DNA of 64,000 bases, taken from assembly GCA_038897215.1 (NCBI GenBank), contig JAWAWX010000001.1, positions 64,001 through 128,000 of the forward strand, read 5' to 3'. Source of the DNA: Acidilobaceae archaeon (lineage in GTDB: Archaea > Thermoproteota > Thermoprotei_A > Sulfolobales > Acidilobaceae). Position 1 is the stretch's first letter; each line of letters starts with the position of its first letter. Both the position numbers and the translations under genes were made by a program. The notes under the pieces were generated by a model that worked only from the letters and a program-made list of their open reading frames with translations, had not been told where the DNA came from and made no database searches. Below, piece after piece: positions 8,902-18,843 of the stretch.

Positions 8902-10734
8902 TTGTGCGGCATCATCGGGGTAGTGCTGAGAGACGATAGCTCCGGGCTCTACATAGCGAGAGGGTTGAGGAGGCTAGAGTATAGAGGGTACGATAGCGTT
9001 GGCGTCGCTATAGTCACGCGAAGCGGGGAGGTCCTGGTGAGCAAGCAGAGAGGAGACGTCGACTCGTTCCTCTCCATACACAAGATAGAAGAGATTAGAG
9101 GAAGCACCGGCATAGGCCACACCAGGTGGGCTACTCACGGCGAGCCTTCAGACGTCAACGCGCACCCGCATAGCGACTGCAAGAGAGAGGTCTTCATTGT
9201 CCACAACGGAGTGCTGAGGAACTACGCTGAGCTCCGAGAAGAGCTAGCTAGCAGAGGCCACGTGCTCGAGAGCGAGACAGACACAGAGCTGATAGCTCAC
9301 GTGATAGAAGAAGAGCTCGAGAACTCCGAGACCTTCCTCGAGGCTCTAGCTAGAGCTCTCACGAGGATAGACGGGACGTATGCTCTAGCCATGATATACT
9401 CTAGAGAACCCGATAGAGTGTACTTCGCCAAGAAGGGTAGCCCTCTCGTGCTAGGGCTCTCGAAGAGAGGTAACCTGGTAGCCAGCGATATACCAGCTCT
9501 CCTAGAGTTCACTCGCGAGATAGTAGTCTTAGAGGATGGAGAGCTAGGGTGGATCACCAGAGACGGCTACAAGGTCTTCAGGCTCGAGAACAGCTCTGGG
9601 CGAGTAGCGCTACGCCCCGTCTCTAAGAGCGTCATGCTGGTAGAGTGGTCTCTAGAGGAGGCTGAGAGAGGAGGCTATCCCCACTTCATGCTGAAGGAGA
9701 TCTACGAGCAGCCGCACGCTTTACGCTCTACGTTCGAGGGTCTAGTAGACGACTCGAAGACTCTAGTAGTCTCGGAGATGATAGCTACAGCTAAGAAGAC
9801 TCTAATCGTCGGAGCTGGGAGTAGCTTCAACGCAGGGCTGGTCCTAGCCTACTATCTAGCTAAGCTAGCCCGAGTCCCTGCCTTCACGGTAATATCCTCA
9901 GAGTACAGGATGCTCGAAGAGCTAGTCGACGAGGACACAGTAGTAGTCGCCATAAGCCAGAGCGGCGAGACCTATGATACTCTCGTTGCTGTTAGAGAGT
10001 ACAAGAGGCTTGGAGCCAAGATCGTGGGTGTCACCAACGTAGCCGGCTCGGCTCTATACAGAGAGTCGGACTTAGTAGTGTTGATGCGAGCAGGTCCCGA
10101 GATAGGCGTAGCAGCGACCAAGACGTACCTATCCCAAGTGCTCGTCGGGGAGATAGTCGCCGTCAAGACTAGTAGAATCCTAGGGAGACTCAGGCAGTCC
10201 GAGGAGCGAGACTATCTCGGTCTCTTGAGCTTAGCGCCATCGATAACCGAGAAGTCTGTAAGAGTATCCTGGGAGAAAGCGGACCCAGCACTCCTAGCTG
10301 AAGCTAGGAGCGCCTACATCCTGGGGAGAGGCTTAGGCGGGCTCTTGGCTAGAGAGGCTGCTCTCAAGATCAAGGAGATATCCTATATACACGCTGAAGC
10401 TTACCCAGCGGGGGAGAGCAAGCACGGACCCATAGCTCTAGTAGACCCGGGATTCCCCGTCTTCTTCATAGCTTCGAGCGACGCTGAAGAGCTGGGGGGC
10501 AACGTGGCTGAGATGGCTGCTCGCGGAGCTAGAGTGGTAGTAGTCAAGCCCGAGAATCTAGGCCTCAGTCTAGCGAGAAGCCTCGTAGTCAACATGCCCG
10601 AAGCTTTGAGTATACTGCTCGAGCCCTACTCGCTAACCCCCTTCTTCCAGATGCTAGCCTACAAGACAGCGGTCTCTAGAGGGTACAACCCGGACAAGCC
10701 GAGAAACCTGGCTAAAACCGTGACCGTAGAGTAA
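8902..10734 (+). CDS. glmS: Glutamine--fructose-6-phosphate aminotransferase
   Basis: (M)CGIIG from TTG at 8902, LEYRGYDS, GHTRWATHG, SQSGET, KHGPIAL, PRNLAKTVTVE. Confidence 0.97.
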   Translation: MCGIIGVVLRDDSSGLYIARGLRRLEYRGYDSVGVAIVTRSGEVLVSKQRGDVDSFLSIHKIEEIRGSTGIGHTRWATHGEPSDVNAHPHSDCKREVFIVHNGVLRNYAELREELASRGHVLESETDTELIAHVIEEELENSETFLEALARALTRIDGTYALAMIYSREPDRVYFAKKGSPLVLGLSKRGNLVASDIPALLEFTREIVVLEDGELGWITRDGYKVFRLENSSGRVALRPVSKSVMLVEWSLEEAERGGYPHFMLKEIYEQPHALRSTFEGLVDDSKTLVVSEMIATAKKTLIVGAGSSFNAGLVLAYYLAKLARVPAFTVISSEYRMLEELVDEDTVVVAISQSGETYDTLVAVREYKRLGAKIVGVTNVAGSALYRESDLVVLMRAGPEIGVAATKTYLSQVLVGEIVAVKTSRILGRLRQSEERDYLGLLSLAPSITEKSVRVSWEKADPALLAEARSAYILGRGLGGLLAREAALKIKEISYIHAEAYPAGESKHGPIALVDPGFPVFFIASSDAEELGGNVAEMAARGARVVVVKPENLGLSLARSLVVNMPEALSILLEPYSLTPFFQMLAYKTAVSRGYNPDKPRNLAKTVTVE

Positions 10735-10745
10735 AGGAGGCATAG

Positions 10746-10822
10746 CTCGCCTCAGCGCTTTGGCCCCACATCACCTCTCAGACAGCCCTCACTAACGAGG
10801 GCTCTCTCTCCTCATCAGCTAG
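10746..10822 (-). ncRNA. Box C/D guide sRNA, predicted target U34 of tRNA-Gln(UUG)
   Basis: Minus strand: C box (c)UGAUGA, hairpin-containing spacer, D' CUGA (10781-10778), C' GUGAUGU, guide GGGGCCAAAGCG, D CUGA (10755-10752). Confidence 0.75.
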
Positions 10823-10845
10823 CGCTAAGCCGGAGCCCGCTCTCT

Positions 10846-11088
10846 CTAGGTCTTCCTCAGTCTTATAATTCTCTCGTCTTTGGTGCTCAGCTGGACAACG
10901 ATATAGCCCTCTCTCTCGAGCACGATCAAGGCTCTAGACAGGTCGGAGAAGGAGACCTCTATTCCCTCCTTCTCGCTAAGGTAAGACTTTAGGGTCGACT
11001 CGAGAACCACTCCTTCGCTCCCCGCTAGCTTCTTGATAGCCTCTAGGATTACGTGGACGAGAGGCTGCCTAGTCCAGAGACTCGACAC
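10846..11088 (-). CDS. Small winged-helix protein downstream of cdc48
   Basis: SFSDLSRALIVLEREGYIVV wHTH pattern, same strand and 24 nt downstream of cdc48. Confidence 0.75.
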   Translation of the reverse strand: MSSLWTRQPLVHVILEAIKKLAGSEGVVLESTLKSYLSEKEGIEVSFSDLSRALIVLEREGYIVVQLSTKDERIIRLRKT

Positions 11089-11112
11089 GCGCTAGACGCC
11101 CCCGCGGCAGTG

Positions 11113-13347
11113 CTAGTAGACCATCCTGATCTCCGAGACTGCTCTCTCCCTAGCGCGAGCCTTGATCTGCCTGGCTGTCTCAAGCCACCTCATGTAGAAC
11201 TCCATCATCTGCTTGGTTATGCTCGGCTTGACCTTCTCTAGAGCTATCTCGAAGTGCCTCCTCTCGACTATGGGCTTCTCGACGTTCTCCTTGAGTGCTA
11301 GTAGAGACGCTTCTCTCACTAGAGCAGCTAGGTCTGCTCCCGAGTAGCCTTCGGTTAGCCTAGCTATCTCTCTAAGGTCTACGTCTGGAGCTAGAGGCAC
11401 GTTGCGAGTGTGTATAGCCAGGATCTCCAGCCTGCTGTGCTCGTCGGGCGGCGGGACGAAGATTATCTTCTCGAATCTACCCGGTCTGAGTAGAGCTGGG
11501 TCGAGCATATCTGGTCTATTGGTGGCAGCTAAGACCACTACGCCTTCTAGGTCGGCTATGCCATCCATCTCTGTGAGTAGCTGGCTCACGATCCTCTCTA
11601 TGACGTAGCTACCGCCCACATCGGCTCCTCTAACGTGAGCTATAGCGTCTATCTCATCGAAGAAGATCACTGCAGGAGCGTGAAGCCTAGCTTTCCTGAA
11701 GATCTCCCTTATCCTCTGCTCGCTCTCACCAACCCACTTGCTCAACACCTCAGGCCCTCTCACAGCTATGAAGTTCGCATTGCTCTCAGTCGCTACAGCC
11801 TTAGCTAGAAGAGTCTTGCCGGTGCCGGGTGGGCCGACTAGGAGAACCCCCTTTGGTAGCTTTACTCCAGCCTTCACGAATATATCGGGGTGCTTGAACT
11901 GCCACTCTACTATCATCCGGAGCTCTTGCTTAACCTCCTCTAGCCCCCCTACGTCGCTCCACCTGACCTCGGGGATCTCTATCTGCACTTCTCTCAGACC
12001 GCTTGGAGTAATGCTCTTCAACGCACTCAAGAAGTCCTCCATCCTCACAACGATCTTGTCTAGGACTTCTGGCGGTATGACCTCCTGGTCTAGGTCTATC
12101 TCCGGCAGGTATCTCCTGAGAGCATTCATGGCTGCTTCTCTAGCTAGAGCTGCCAGGTCTGCTCCAGTATATCCCTTCGTCACCTCGGCTATCTTCTCTA
12201 AGTCTACGTCTTCTGCTAGCGGCATGTGTCTCGTGTGTATCTGCAGTATCTCCAGCCTCCCCTGCTTATCTGGTAGCGGGACCTCGATCTCTCTGTCGAA
12301 CCTGCCCGGTCTTCTCAGAGCGGGGTCCACGGCGTTGGGTCTGTTTGTCGCGGCTATCACTATGACTTGGCCTCTCTCAGTGAGTCCATCCATGAGGGCT
12401 AGAAGCTGAGCCACTACTCTCCTCTCGACTTCTCCGATCACCTCTTCTCTCTTAGGGGCTATAGCGTCTATCTCGTCTATGAATATTATAGCTGGAGCGT
12501 TCTTCTTAGCCTCCTCGAATATCTCTCTAAGCCTCTGCTCGCTCTCACCATAGAACTTGCTCATGATCTCGGGGCCGTTGATAGCTATGAAGTGCGCGTC
12601 TGTCTCGTTCGCTACAGCCTTGGCTAGAAGAGTCTTCCCGGTGCCCGGTGGGCCGTAGAGGAGTATGCCCTTGGGTGGCTCTATGCCGAGCCTCTTGAAG
12701 AGTTCAGGGTGCCTCAGGGGGAGCTCTACGAGCTCTCTTATCCTCTCTATGATGCGCGAGAGCCCTCCTATATCCTCGTAGGTGACTCTAGGAATAGCTC
12801 TGCCTTGTTGAGCTGGCTGTTCTAGAATGTCTACTATGGTGTTCTCCGTGATCACGACTGCTCCTCTAGGCTTAGTGTAGACTACCTGGAACTGTATCCC
12901 CTGAACGGCTATCGATACCACGACTATGTCTCCCTCGAGAACGGGAGTCCCTACGAGCTTCTTCTTGACCTGCTCTTTCACACCAGCGTCAGCCTTTATG
13001 AACACGAGTGGAGCGAGCTTTACTCTCAACGCGGGCTTGACGACAGCCTTCCTCACTATAACCTTATCCCCCTTGCTGATACCGCATAGCTTGCGCAGAA
13101 TACCATCCATCCTAATAACATCGAGCCCAGCGTCTTCAGGAAGAGCGGGCCAAACTGTAGCCACAGTCTTCTTCTTATTCTTGCCCTCGATTTCTACAAA
13201 GTCTCCTGGCGATACCCCCAGTTCTCTCATGATATCTACGTCTATCCTTACTCTCTTCCTACCAGTATCCTTGGGCTTCGCTTCAATAACGCGTAGCGTG
13301 ACCTCTCCGACTCCTCCCCCAGTCTCGCTTCTCTCAGTCTCGCTCAA
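11113..13347 (-). CDS. cdc48: Cdc48/VAT family AAA+ ATPase
   Basis: N-domain plus two AAA modules (GPPGTGKT twice, IFIDEID/FFDEID, RPGRF twice). Confidence 0.97.
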   Translation of the reverse strand: MSETERSETGGGVGEVTLRVIEAKPKDTGRKRVRIDVDIMRELGVSPGDFVEIEGKNKKKTVATVWPALPEDAGLDVIRMDGILRKLCGISKGDKVIVRKAVVKPALRVKLAPLVFIKADAGVKEQVKKKLVGTPVLEGDIVVVSIAVQGIQFQVVYTKPRGAVVITENTIVDILEQPAQQGRAIPRVTYEDIGGLSRIIERIRELVELPLRHPELFKRLGIEPPKGILLYGPPGTGKTLLAKAVANETDAHFIAINGPEIMSKFYGESEQRLREIFEEAKKNAPAIIFIDEIDAIAPKREEVIGEVERRVVAQLLALMDGLTERGQVIVIAATNRPNAVDPALRRPGRFDREIEVPLPDKQGRLEILQIHTRHMPLAEDVDLEKIAEVTKGYTGADLAALAREAAMNALRRYLPEIDLDQEVIPPEVLDKIVVRMEDFLSALKSITPSGLREVQIEIPEVRWSDVGGLEEVKQELRMIVEWQFKHPDIFVKAGVKLPKGVLLVGPPGTGKTLLAKAVATESNANFIAVRGPEVLSKWVGESEQRIREIFRKARLHAPAVIFFDEIDAIAHVRGADVGGSYVIERIVSQLLTEMDGIADLEGVVVLAATNRPDMLDPALLRPGRFEKIIFVPPPDEHSRLEILAIHTRNVPLAPDVDLREIARLTEGYSGADLAALVREASLLALKENVEKPIVERRHFEIALEKVKPSITKQMMEFYMRWLETARQIKARARERAVSEIRMVY

Positions 13348-13652
13348 GGTAGCTCCTTAGTAGATACTCGCGACACTTGGAAGTTATAAGCCTAAACCTC
13401 TTGCCGCAGATAGCTCTCTCCGCGCTCTGCTCCCTCATAAGCGATAGCCTAGTCTGGATTCATGAGTCTCAGCTTACGCCAGCCTCCACGACTTCGCGTT
13501 AGCCCACCTGGCTACTACTTGCGGAGTCTAGTCCTTTGATGCGAGAGGAGGATGCTCGTGACCTCCGCGTGAAGTGGCTAGTAGCTACGGCGAACCGCGG
13601 AGCAGAGGCTCAACTTGCTCTAGGCTGACTCAGAGAGACCTAGAGCGGGGAA

Positions 13653-13710
13653 ACGGTCGGTATTGCAGTAGCTCTTCACTACTCCGGCTGCCCATCGCTC
13701 CTCATCCCGT
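13653..13710 (-). ncRNA. Box C/D guide sRNA, target not identified
   Basis: Minus strand: ACGGG-AUGAGGA(C)-GCGAUGGGCAGC-CGGA(D')-GUA-GUGAAGA(C')-GCUACUGCAAUA-CCGA(D)-CCGU. Two 12-nt guides, terminal ACGG/CCGU stem, TATTAA about 25 nt upstream. Confidence 0.75.
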
Positions 13711-13771
13711 ACTAGCATCTAGAACTCAGAGCCTTAATATTCGGGCTTGTCTCGCTGTTAGAGCTGAGGGA

Positions 13772-14962
13772 GTGCTGTTGGAGAAGAAGGGGGAGCGAGC
13801 GAGCCCTGAGGCTAGGTTGCTTGCTTCAGTAGTCCATGAGATCTTCAGGCATAGAGTATCGATTGACGTAGCCTTCAAGAGAGTCTGCCGGGGAGCTTGC
13901 GCTAGCGGTCTTGAGGAAAGAGAGAGGCTGTATAGCCTAGCGTGGAGCTTCGTCAGAGACTACAACGCTCTACTCTGCCTGACAGGCTATAGGGGTAAGC
14001 CGAGCAAGCTGGCAGAGCTCTGGCTCTCGATGGGGGGTTCTTTGAGCGAGAACGCTCTAAGCGAGCCTCACTGCAGAGCCTCAGTCAAGAAGTGGTTCTT
14101 CGATAGAATAGCGTCTCTAGTGGGGGCTGAGGAGGCTCTGAGACTCTTCCAGGCTATGGGGAGACGCGTGTGGTGGCTTAGAGTGAATCTCTTCAAGGCG
14201 AGCGTTGAGAGAGTGCTATCGCAACTCGAGAAGGAGAGAGTAGACTTCGAGGTGAGCAAGCACTACCCCTACATGGTGAAAGTCTTGAGGTCACCGAAGC
14301 CCGTGAGGCTACTCAAGCCCGTCAGGCTCTTTGAAGCCATACCTCAAGACATAGCCTCTGTAGTCGTCGTAGAGGAGCTGAAGCCAGAGCCCGGCGACGT
14401 GATCCTAGATGCTTGCGCAGCTCCTGGAGTGAAGACTTCGCTGATCTCGATGCTAACAGAGGGCAAAGCGAAGATCATAGCGATAGACTTGAGCTACAAG
14501 AGGATCCAGGCTATGCGCAGCCTCCTCAGAAAACTGGGAGTCCCCGAGGGCTCAGTGGAGATTCGCCACGGAGACTCTAGGAGAGTCCGAGTGGAGGGAG
14601 TGACTAAGGCTCTAGTCGACGCTCCCTGCTCTAATTCGGGAGCTCTCTCGAAAGACCCCGGCCTTAGGCTAACCATAACCCAGGGCAAGGTCCTGTACTA
14701 CTCTAGGATACAGTACGAGATTCTCAGCAACGTGTTAAGCCAGGTGAGCGACGTGGTGTACTCAGTGTGCTCCATAATGCCCGAAGAGGGGGAGTCTGTA
14801 GTCGAGAGAGTGCTCGAGAGGATAGAGGTCGGCCTGAAGCCCCCCAGCTCTCCTCTATGTAGAGAAGGGTACCCGTCTGCTTACAGCTCTAGAGTCTGCA
14901 GGCTCTACCCTCACCTAGCAGACTCCGAGGGCTTCTTCGTAGCTCACTTCACAGCCAACTAG
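13772..14962 (+). CDS. RsmB/NOP2/NSUN family RNA m5C methyltransferase
   Basis: LDACAAPGVKT, DAPCSNSG, YSVCS, EGFF. Start moved from 13574 to GTG 13772 because the ORF-track extension overlaps the sRNA and its promoter. Confidence 0.9.
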   Translation: MLLEKKGERASPEARLLASVVHEIFRHRVSIDVAFKRVCRGACASGLEERERLYSLAWSFVRDYNALLCLTGYRGKPSKLAELWLSMGGSLSENALSEPHCRASVKKWFFDRIASLVGAEEALRLFQAMGRRVWWLRVNLFKASVERVLSQLEKERVDFEVSKHYPYMVKVLRSPKPVRLLKPVRLFEAIPQDIASVVVVEELKPEPGDVILDACAAPGVKTSLISMLTEGKAKIIAIDLSYKRIQAMRSLLRKLGVPEGSVEIRHGDSRRVRVEGVTKALVDAPCSNSGALSKDPGLRLTITQGKVLYYSRIQYEILSNVLSQVSDVVYSVCSIMPEEGESVVERVLERIEVGLKPPSSPLCREGYPSAYSSRVCRLYPHLADSEGFFVAHFTAN

Positions 14963-14964
14963 CT

Positions 14965-15936
14965 CTAGCCGGGCCCCGGAGTAACCGATATGACTAGAGC
15001 CTGTGGGAGCTCCCTCGGGAGAGGCCACATGACTAGAATCTCTACGCTCAAGACGTCTCGCTTAACGACTTCAGGCTTGCTAGAGGAGAACCCCATTAGT
15101 AGCTCTAAGAGAGAAGGCTCTTTCCTGATCTTCACCACGGGAGCGTCCTCAGGGAGCTCTGCTAGCTCTCTAGCTATCCTCACAGCGTCCTCGAGAGTGC
15201 CCACGTAGTCCACTAAGCCCAGCTTCTTAGCCTCATAGCCTGAGTAGACTCCAGCTCTCATGACCTCTCTCCAGTCTGTTATCCTGTCTCCTCTATGCTT
15301 CTCTACTAACGACACAAAGTAGTCGGCAACATCTCGAATAATGCGCGACAAGAGCTCCACGTCCTCGCTCTCTATCTCCTTGAATGGTGACGCGAAGTCT
15401 TTGAGATCACCGCTGACAACGACTTCAGCATCTATCCCCAACTTGTCCAGAAGCTCCTTGTAGCTCACGAGAATGCCGATGGCTCCAACAGACCCGACTA
15501 TCGCTGTAGGGTGTGCTACTATGGCGTGCGATGGGAGAGAGATCAGGTAGCCTCCCGAGGCCCCGAGGCCGGTTATGTAGACGACAACCACTCTCTCCTC
15601 GTAGAGCTTTCTCAGTATCTCGTACACCTCGAAAGCAGCAGCAGTTCCACCAGGGCTGTTGACCACTATCACAACAGCTCTAGCTCTAGGGTCGGATAGC
15701 ACCCGCTCAACGAGAGTCTCGACGCTATGCGGGGTTATCACAGGCCCCGAGAAGAGCCCCCCGTAACTGTAGTCTATGGCCCCGCTGAGTTCCACCACAG
15801 CCACGTAGTCCTCACGCAGATCGATAGCAGTTAGGCTCACAAGCAGAGCGACCAGAGCTCCAGTTGCAGCCAGCAAGACGGCTAGCAGGATCAGAGCAGC
15901 CAGCAAGAGCCTCCAGCTATTAGAGGCTCCGAGCAA
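14965..15936 (-). CDS. sppA: Signal peptide peptidase SppA (S49)
   Basis: VNSPGG, ASGGY, GSVG, SGDLKD, GLVD and an N-terminal TM. Confidence 0.93.
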   Translation of the reverse strand: MLGASNSWRLLLAALILLAVLLAATGALVALLVSLTAIDLREDYVAVVELSGAIDYSYGGLFSGPVITPHSVETLVERVLSDPRARAVVIVVNSPGGTAAAFEVYEILRKLYEERVVVVYITGLGASGGYLISLPSHAIVAHPTAIVGSVGAIGILVSYKELLDKLGIDAEVVVSGDLKDFASPFKEIESEDVELLSRIIRDVADYFVSLVEKHRGDRITDWREVMRAGVYSGYEAKKLGLVDYVGTLEDAVRIARELAELPEDAPVVKIRKEPSLLELLMGFSSSKPEVVKRDVLSVEILVMWPLPRELPQALVISVTPGPG

Positions 15937-16063
15937 CGAGCAACCACCTCTCTAGCACTTTCTACCGAGAGAGCGTATTATTCTTAAGCCAGCCGAACTC
16001 CCAGACTAAGTGCCCATACGCTAATAAAACCCCGTATCAACGACTAGGTAGCTGGAGCTCTGC

Positions 16064-16141
16064 GGCCCGGGTAGCTCAGCTGGATAGAGCGCCGGGCTGT
16101 GGACCCGGAGGTCCCGGGTTCAAATCCCGGCCCGGGCCCCA
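16064..16141 (+). tRNA. tRNA-His(GUG), intronless, with genome-encoded G-1 and CCA
   Basis: G-GCCCGGG/CCCGGGC acceptor, GCTC/GAGC D stem, CCGGG-CT GTG GA-CCCGG anticodon arm, TTCAAAT T loop, C73, then CCA. Confidence 0.97.
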
Positions 16142-16307
16142 CAGCCACTTTACTCTCTACACTTAGCGCTTTACTAGCGGCGAGCAAGCAGTAGAGGAGA
16201 GTGTTTGAGCTGATATCGTGCAAGGTTTTCCCCGAGAAATCATAACAAAACCTATATCGGAGCCGGATTTCGAGGCAGACACGGGAGCTAGGGAGGCTGT
16301 AGCCGGC

Positions 16308-17549
16308 GTGGAGCTCTTGAGGATTCTCAGCTTGTATAGCGGTCTCCACGACTACGCTAGTGTTGAGAGCTTTATCTCAAGCTTTGAGAGTGCTTTGAAA
16401 GAGTCGGGTCTCACGGGCTACTACCTGGGCGCGTTCACTGCTCTTCAAGAGTCTCTCAGAGCTAGAAATGCTGTAGTCTTCGTGGCTACTGGAGGGACAT
16501 CGGGTCTAGGCTACAGGCTTCTACGCGATGTGGAGAACGTCTATGTGGTTTACCACGAGGAGCACAACTCTCTCGCTTCAGCTCTCAATCTAGCCTCTAT
16601 GCTCAAACATGATGGTAAGCGAGTGAGAATGCTTAGCATGGAGGCTTTCTCAGGCGTAGCGCTCAAGCTGTCTAGAGCTCTAGCCGGCCTAGAGAGAGTC
16701 TACGGCGGCAAGATTCTCGTAGTAGGCTCTCTCCAGCACTGGTCTCAGCAGGTAGGAGTCTCCAGCTATCTCAAGAAGCATTTCGGTGTAGAGCTAGAGC
16801 TAGTAGAGCTAGAGGCTTTACTGAAAGAGGCGGCAGAAGTCAGTCTAGAGGATAGCGAGGCTCACGCTAGAGAGCTTGTAGCGAGAGCTGAGGAGGTCAG
16901 AGTAGGCTTCCAAGACGTGGTCTACGCTACCTCCATATACCTAGCTCTCAAGAAGATCGCTGAGTCTAGGAGAGCCAGCAACGTGGCTCTAAGGTGCTTC
17001 GATTTACTGAAAGCGCTTGGGCGCACTGGCTGCATAGCGGTAGCAGAACTCATAAGAGAAGGGATCATAGCCGGTTGCGAGGCAGACGTGGCGGCAACAG
17101 TGGTAATGCGAGTACTCAGAGAGATAGCGGGAAGAGACCCCTGGGTCGCCAACGTTTCCGGTCTTTGGGATAGAGAGCTGGAGCTCTCTCACTGCGTGAT
17201 ATCTAGGAGCATCACTAAGTCCTACAGGCTGGTGACGCACTTCGAGTCAGGCAAAGCTACATCGATAGAAGGCATAGTCGAGGAAGGGCTCCCCGCAACC
17301 ATAGTTTCATACGACCCCCCAAGGTCGCTATGGAGAGTGATAGAAGCGCGGGTCACGAGAGGGTCGCCAGCGAGCAGTAGAAAGTGTAGAACTCAAGTCA
17401 GGCTCCAGACATCGCCTCAGGCGATCAAAGAGATCCTAGAGGACCCCATCGAGGGCCACTACGTCGCGGTATTCTCGAACGTAGTCGAGGAGGCTTCATT
17501 AGCGGGAGAGCTAGCCGGTCTTAACGTGCAGACTTTAAAGATGACGTGA
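16308..17549 (+). CDS. L-fucose isomerase-related protein (COG2407-like)
   Basis: TGGT, ALRCF, GCEAD, LSHC, THFES, CRTQ, GHY motifs. GTG at 16308 follows GGAGG. Confidence 0.75.
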   Translation: MELLRILSLYSGLHDYASVESFISSFESALKESGLTGYYLGAFTALQESLRARNAVVFVATGGTSGLGYRLLRDVENVYVVYHEEHNSLASALNLASMLKHDGKRVRMLSMEAFSGVALKLSRALAGLERVYGGKILVVGSLQHWSQQVGVSSYLKKHFGVELELVELEALLKEAAEVSLEDSEAHARELVARAEEVRVGFQDVVYATSIYLALKKIAESRRASNVALRCFDLLKALGRTGCIAVAELIREGIIAGCEADVAATVVMRVLREIAGRDPWVANVSGLWDRELELSHCVISRSITKSYRLVTHFESGKATSIEGIVEEGLPATIVSYDPPRSLWRVIEARVTRGSPASSRKCRTQVRLQTSPQAIKEILEDPIEGHYVAVFSNVVEEASLAGELAGLNVQTLKMT

Positions 17550-17642
17550 GCACAGTATATAAGCTCTAGCTCGCTGCCTCTAGAGCATCCAGCACTCCGC
17601 TAATAAAAGCCTCTCAAGCAAAGCTCGAATCAGGGCGCGGGA

Positions 17643-18572
17643 TTGAGCCTTCTCCAGACCGTTATCAGAGAGGCCTCAGAGATTCTTATCGAGAGAGAGT
17701 ATGAGACGAAATGTATGCTCGCTTCTCTGCTAGCTAGAGGGCACGTTCTCCTAGAAGGCGTCCCGGGCGTGGCGAAGACCTTGACGGCTAAGGTTGTAGC
17801 TGGGCTTCTCGGCCTTGATTTCAGGAGAGTCCAGATGACGCCAGACCTCCTTCCCAGCGATATAATAGGAGGCCACGTCTACGACCAGAAAACCGGGGAG
17901 TTTAAGCTCAGGCTCGGACCCATATTCACCAACGTTCTCCTAGTAGACGAGATAAATAGAGCGTCTCCGAGAACTCAGTCAGCTCTACTCGAGGCAATGC
18001 AGGAGAGGCAGGTCACAATAGAGGGGGTCACAGTACCGCTCCCCGAGCCCTTCATCGTCATAGCGACTCAGAACCCCATAGAGTTCGAGGGGGTATTCCC
18101 TCTCCCCGAGGCTCAGCTAGACAGATTCATGGCTAGAGTCCAGGTAGGCTACCCTACGAGCAGGGGGTTTATTGATATGTTGAGGAGGATAGAGGAGATA
18201 GAGGAGAGAGCTAGGAGGATAAAGCCCGTCATGGACAAGGAGGCGATACTAGAGGAGATCAGCAGAGCGTCGTCCGTTAGAGTAGACGACTCCATACTAG
18301 AATACATAGCCCGGCTCGTGGAGGAGAGCCGCAAGCACCCCGCGGTAAAGCTAGGAGGATCTCCTAGAGCCGGCATAGCGATACTGAGGCTCGCCAAGGC
18401 GTGGGCTCACATAGAGGGTAGGAGCTACGTGATACCCGACGACGTCAAGGCGGTAGCCTACCCAGCTCTCTCTCACAGGCTCATACTGAAGCCCGAGTAC
18501 GAGCTAGAGGGCGTTCAGCCAGAAGCAGTCGTCAAAGAGCTTCTAGCGAAAGTACCCGTCCCTAGACCCTGA
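17643..18572 (+). CDS. moxR: MoxR (MRP subfamily) AAA+ ATPase
   Basis: GHVLLEGVPGVAKT, TPDLLPSD, DEINRA, ATQNPIE, LPEAQLDRF, GSPRA. Confidence 0.95.
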   Translation: MSLLQTVIREASEILIEREYETKCMLASLLARGHVLLEGVPGVAKTLTAKVVAGLLGLDFRRVQMTPDLLPSDIIGGHVYDQKTGEFKLRLGPIFTNVLLVDEINRASPRTQSALLEAMQERQVTIEGVTVPLPEPFIVIATQNPIEFEGVFPLPEAQLDRFMARVQVGYPTSRGFIDMLRRIEEIEERARRIKPVMDKEAILEEISRASSVRVDDSILEYIARLVEESRKHPAVKLGGSPRAGIAILRLAKAWAHIEGRSYVIPDDVKAVAYPALSHRLILKPEYELEGVQPEAVVKELLAKVPVPRP

Positions 18573-18583
18573 GGTGTAGCGAT

Positions 18584-18829
18584 GTGAAGCTCGGGCTGGT
18601 GAGTGTGGATAGGTGGCTAGTGTACCTAGCTCTCGGAGCAGTCTTGCTAGTACTCTCTCTAGTCTTCATCCTATGGTCTATAGGCTACATGGAGAGAGGG
18701 TACGTAGCTACATCACTCCTATCCGCTACAGCAGGCTTCACTCTCTTCTCCGGCGCGCTCTACCTACTCAGGCTATCAGCGTACGTCTACGGGGCTTCGC
18801 TCAAGAGAGAGGAGAGTGAGAAGAGCTAG
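18584..18829 (+). CDS. Small two-TM membrane protein in the MoxR operon
   Basis: Two hydrophobic segments and a GAGGTG SD. Confidence 0.7.
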   Translation: MKLGLVSVDRWLVYLALGAVLLVLSLVFILWSIGYMERGYVATSLLSATAGFTLFSGALYLLRLSAYVYGASLKREESEKS

Positions 18830-18843
18830 GAGTAGAGTACGCT

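Noticed and set aside
13400-13710. RNase P RNA or SRP RNA
   Set aside because: No GAGGAA-type P4 signature or SRP helix 8 motif on either strand.
13574-13771. N-terminal extension of the m5C methyltransferase in the ORF track
   Set aside because: Atypical composition; overlaps the sRNA and promoter region.
16064-17600. Integrated element at tRNA-His
   Set aside because: No integrase, no repeat of the tRNA 3' end seen, no compositional shift.
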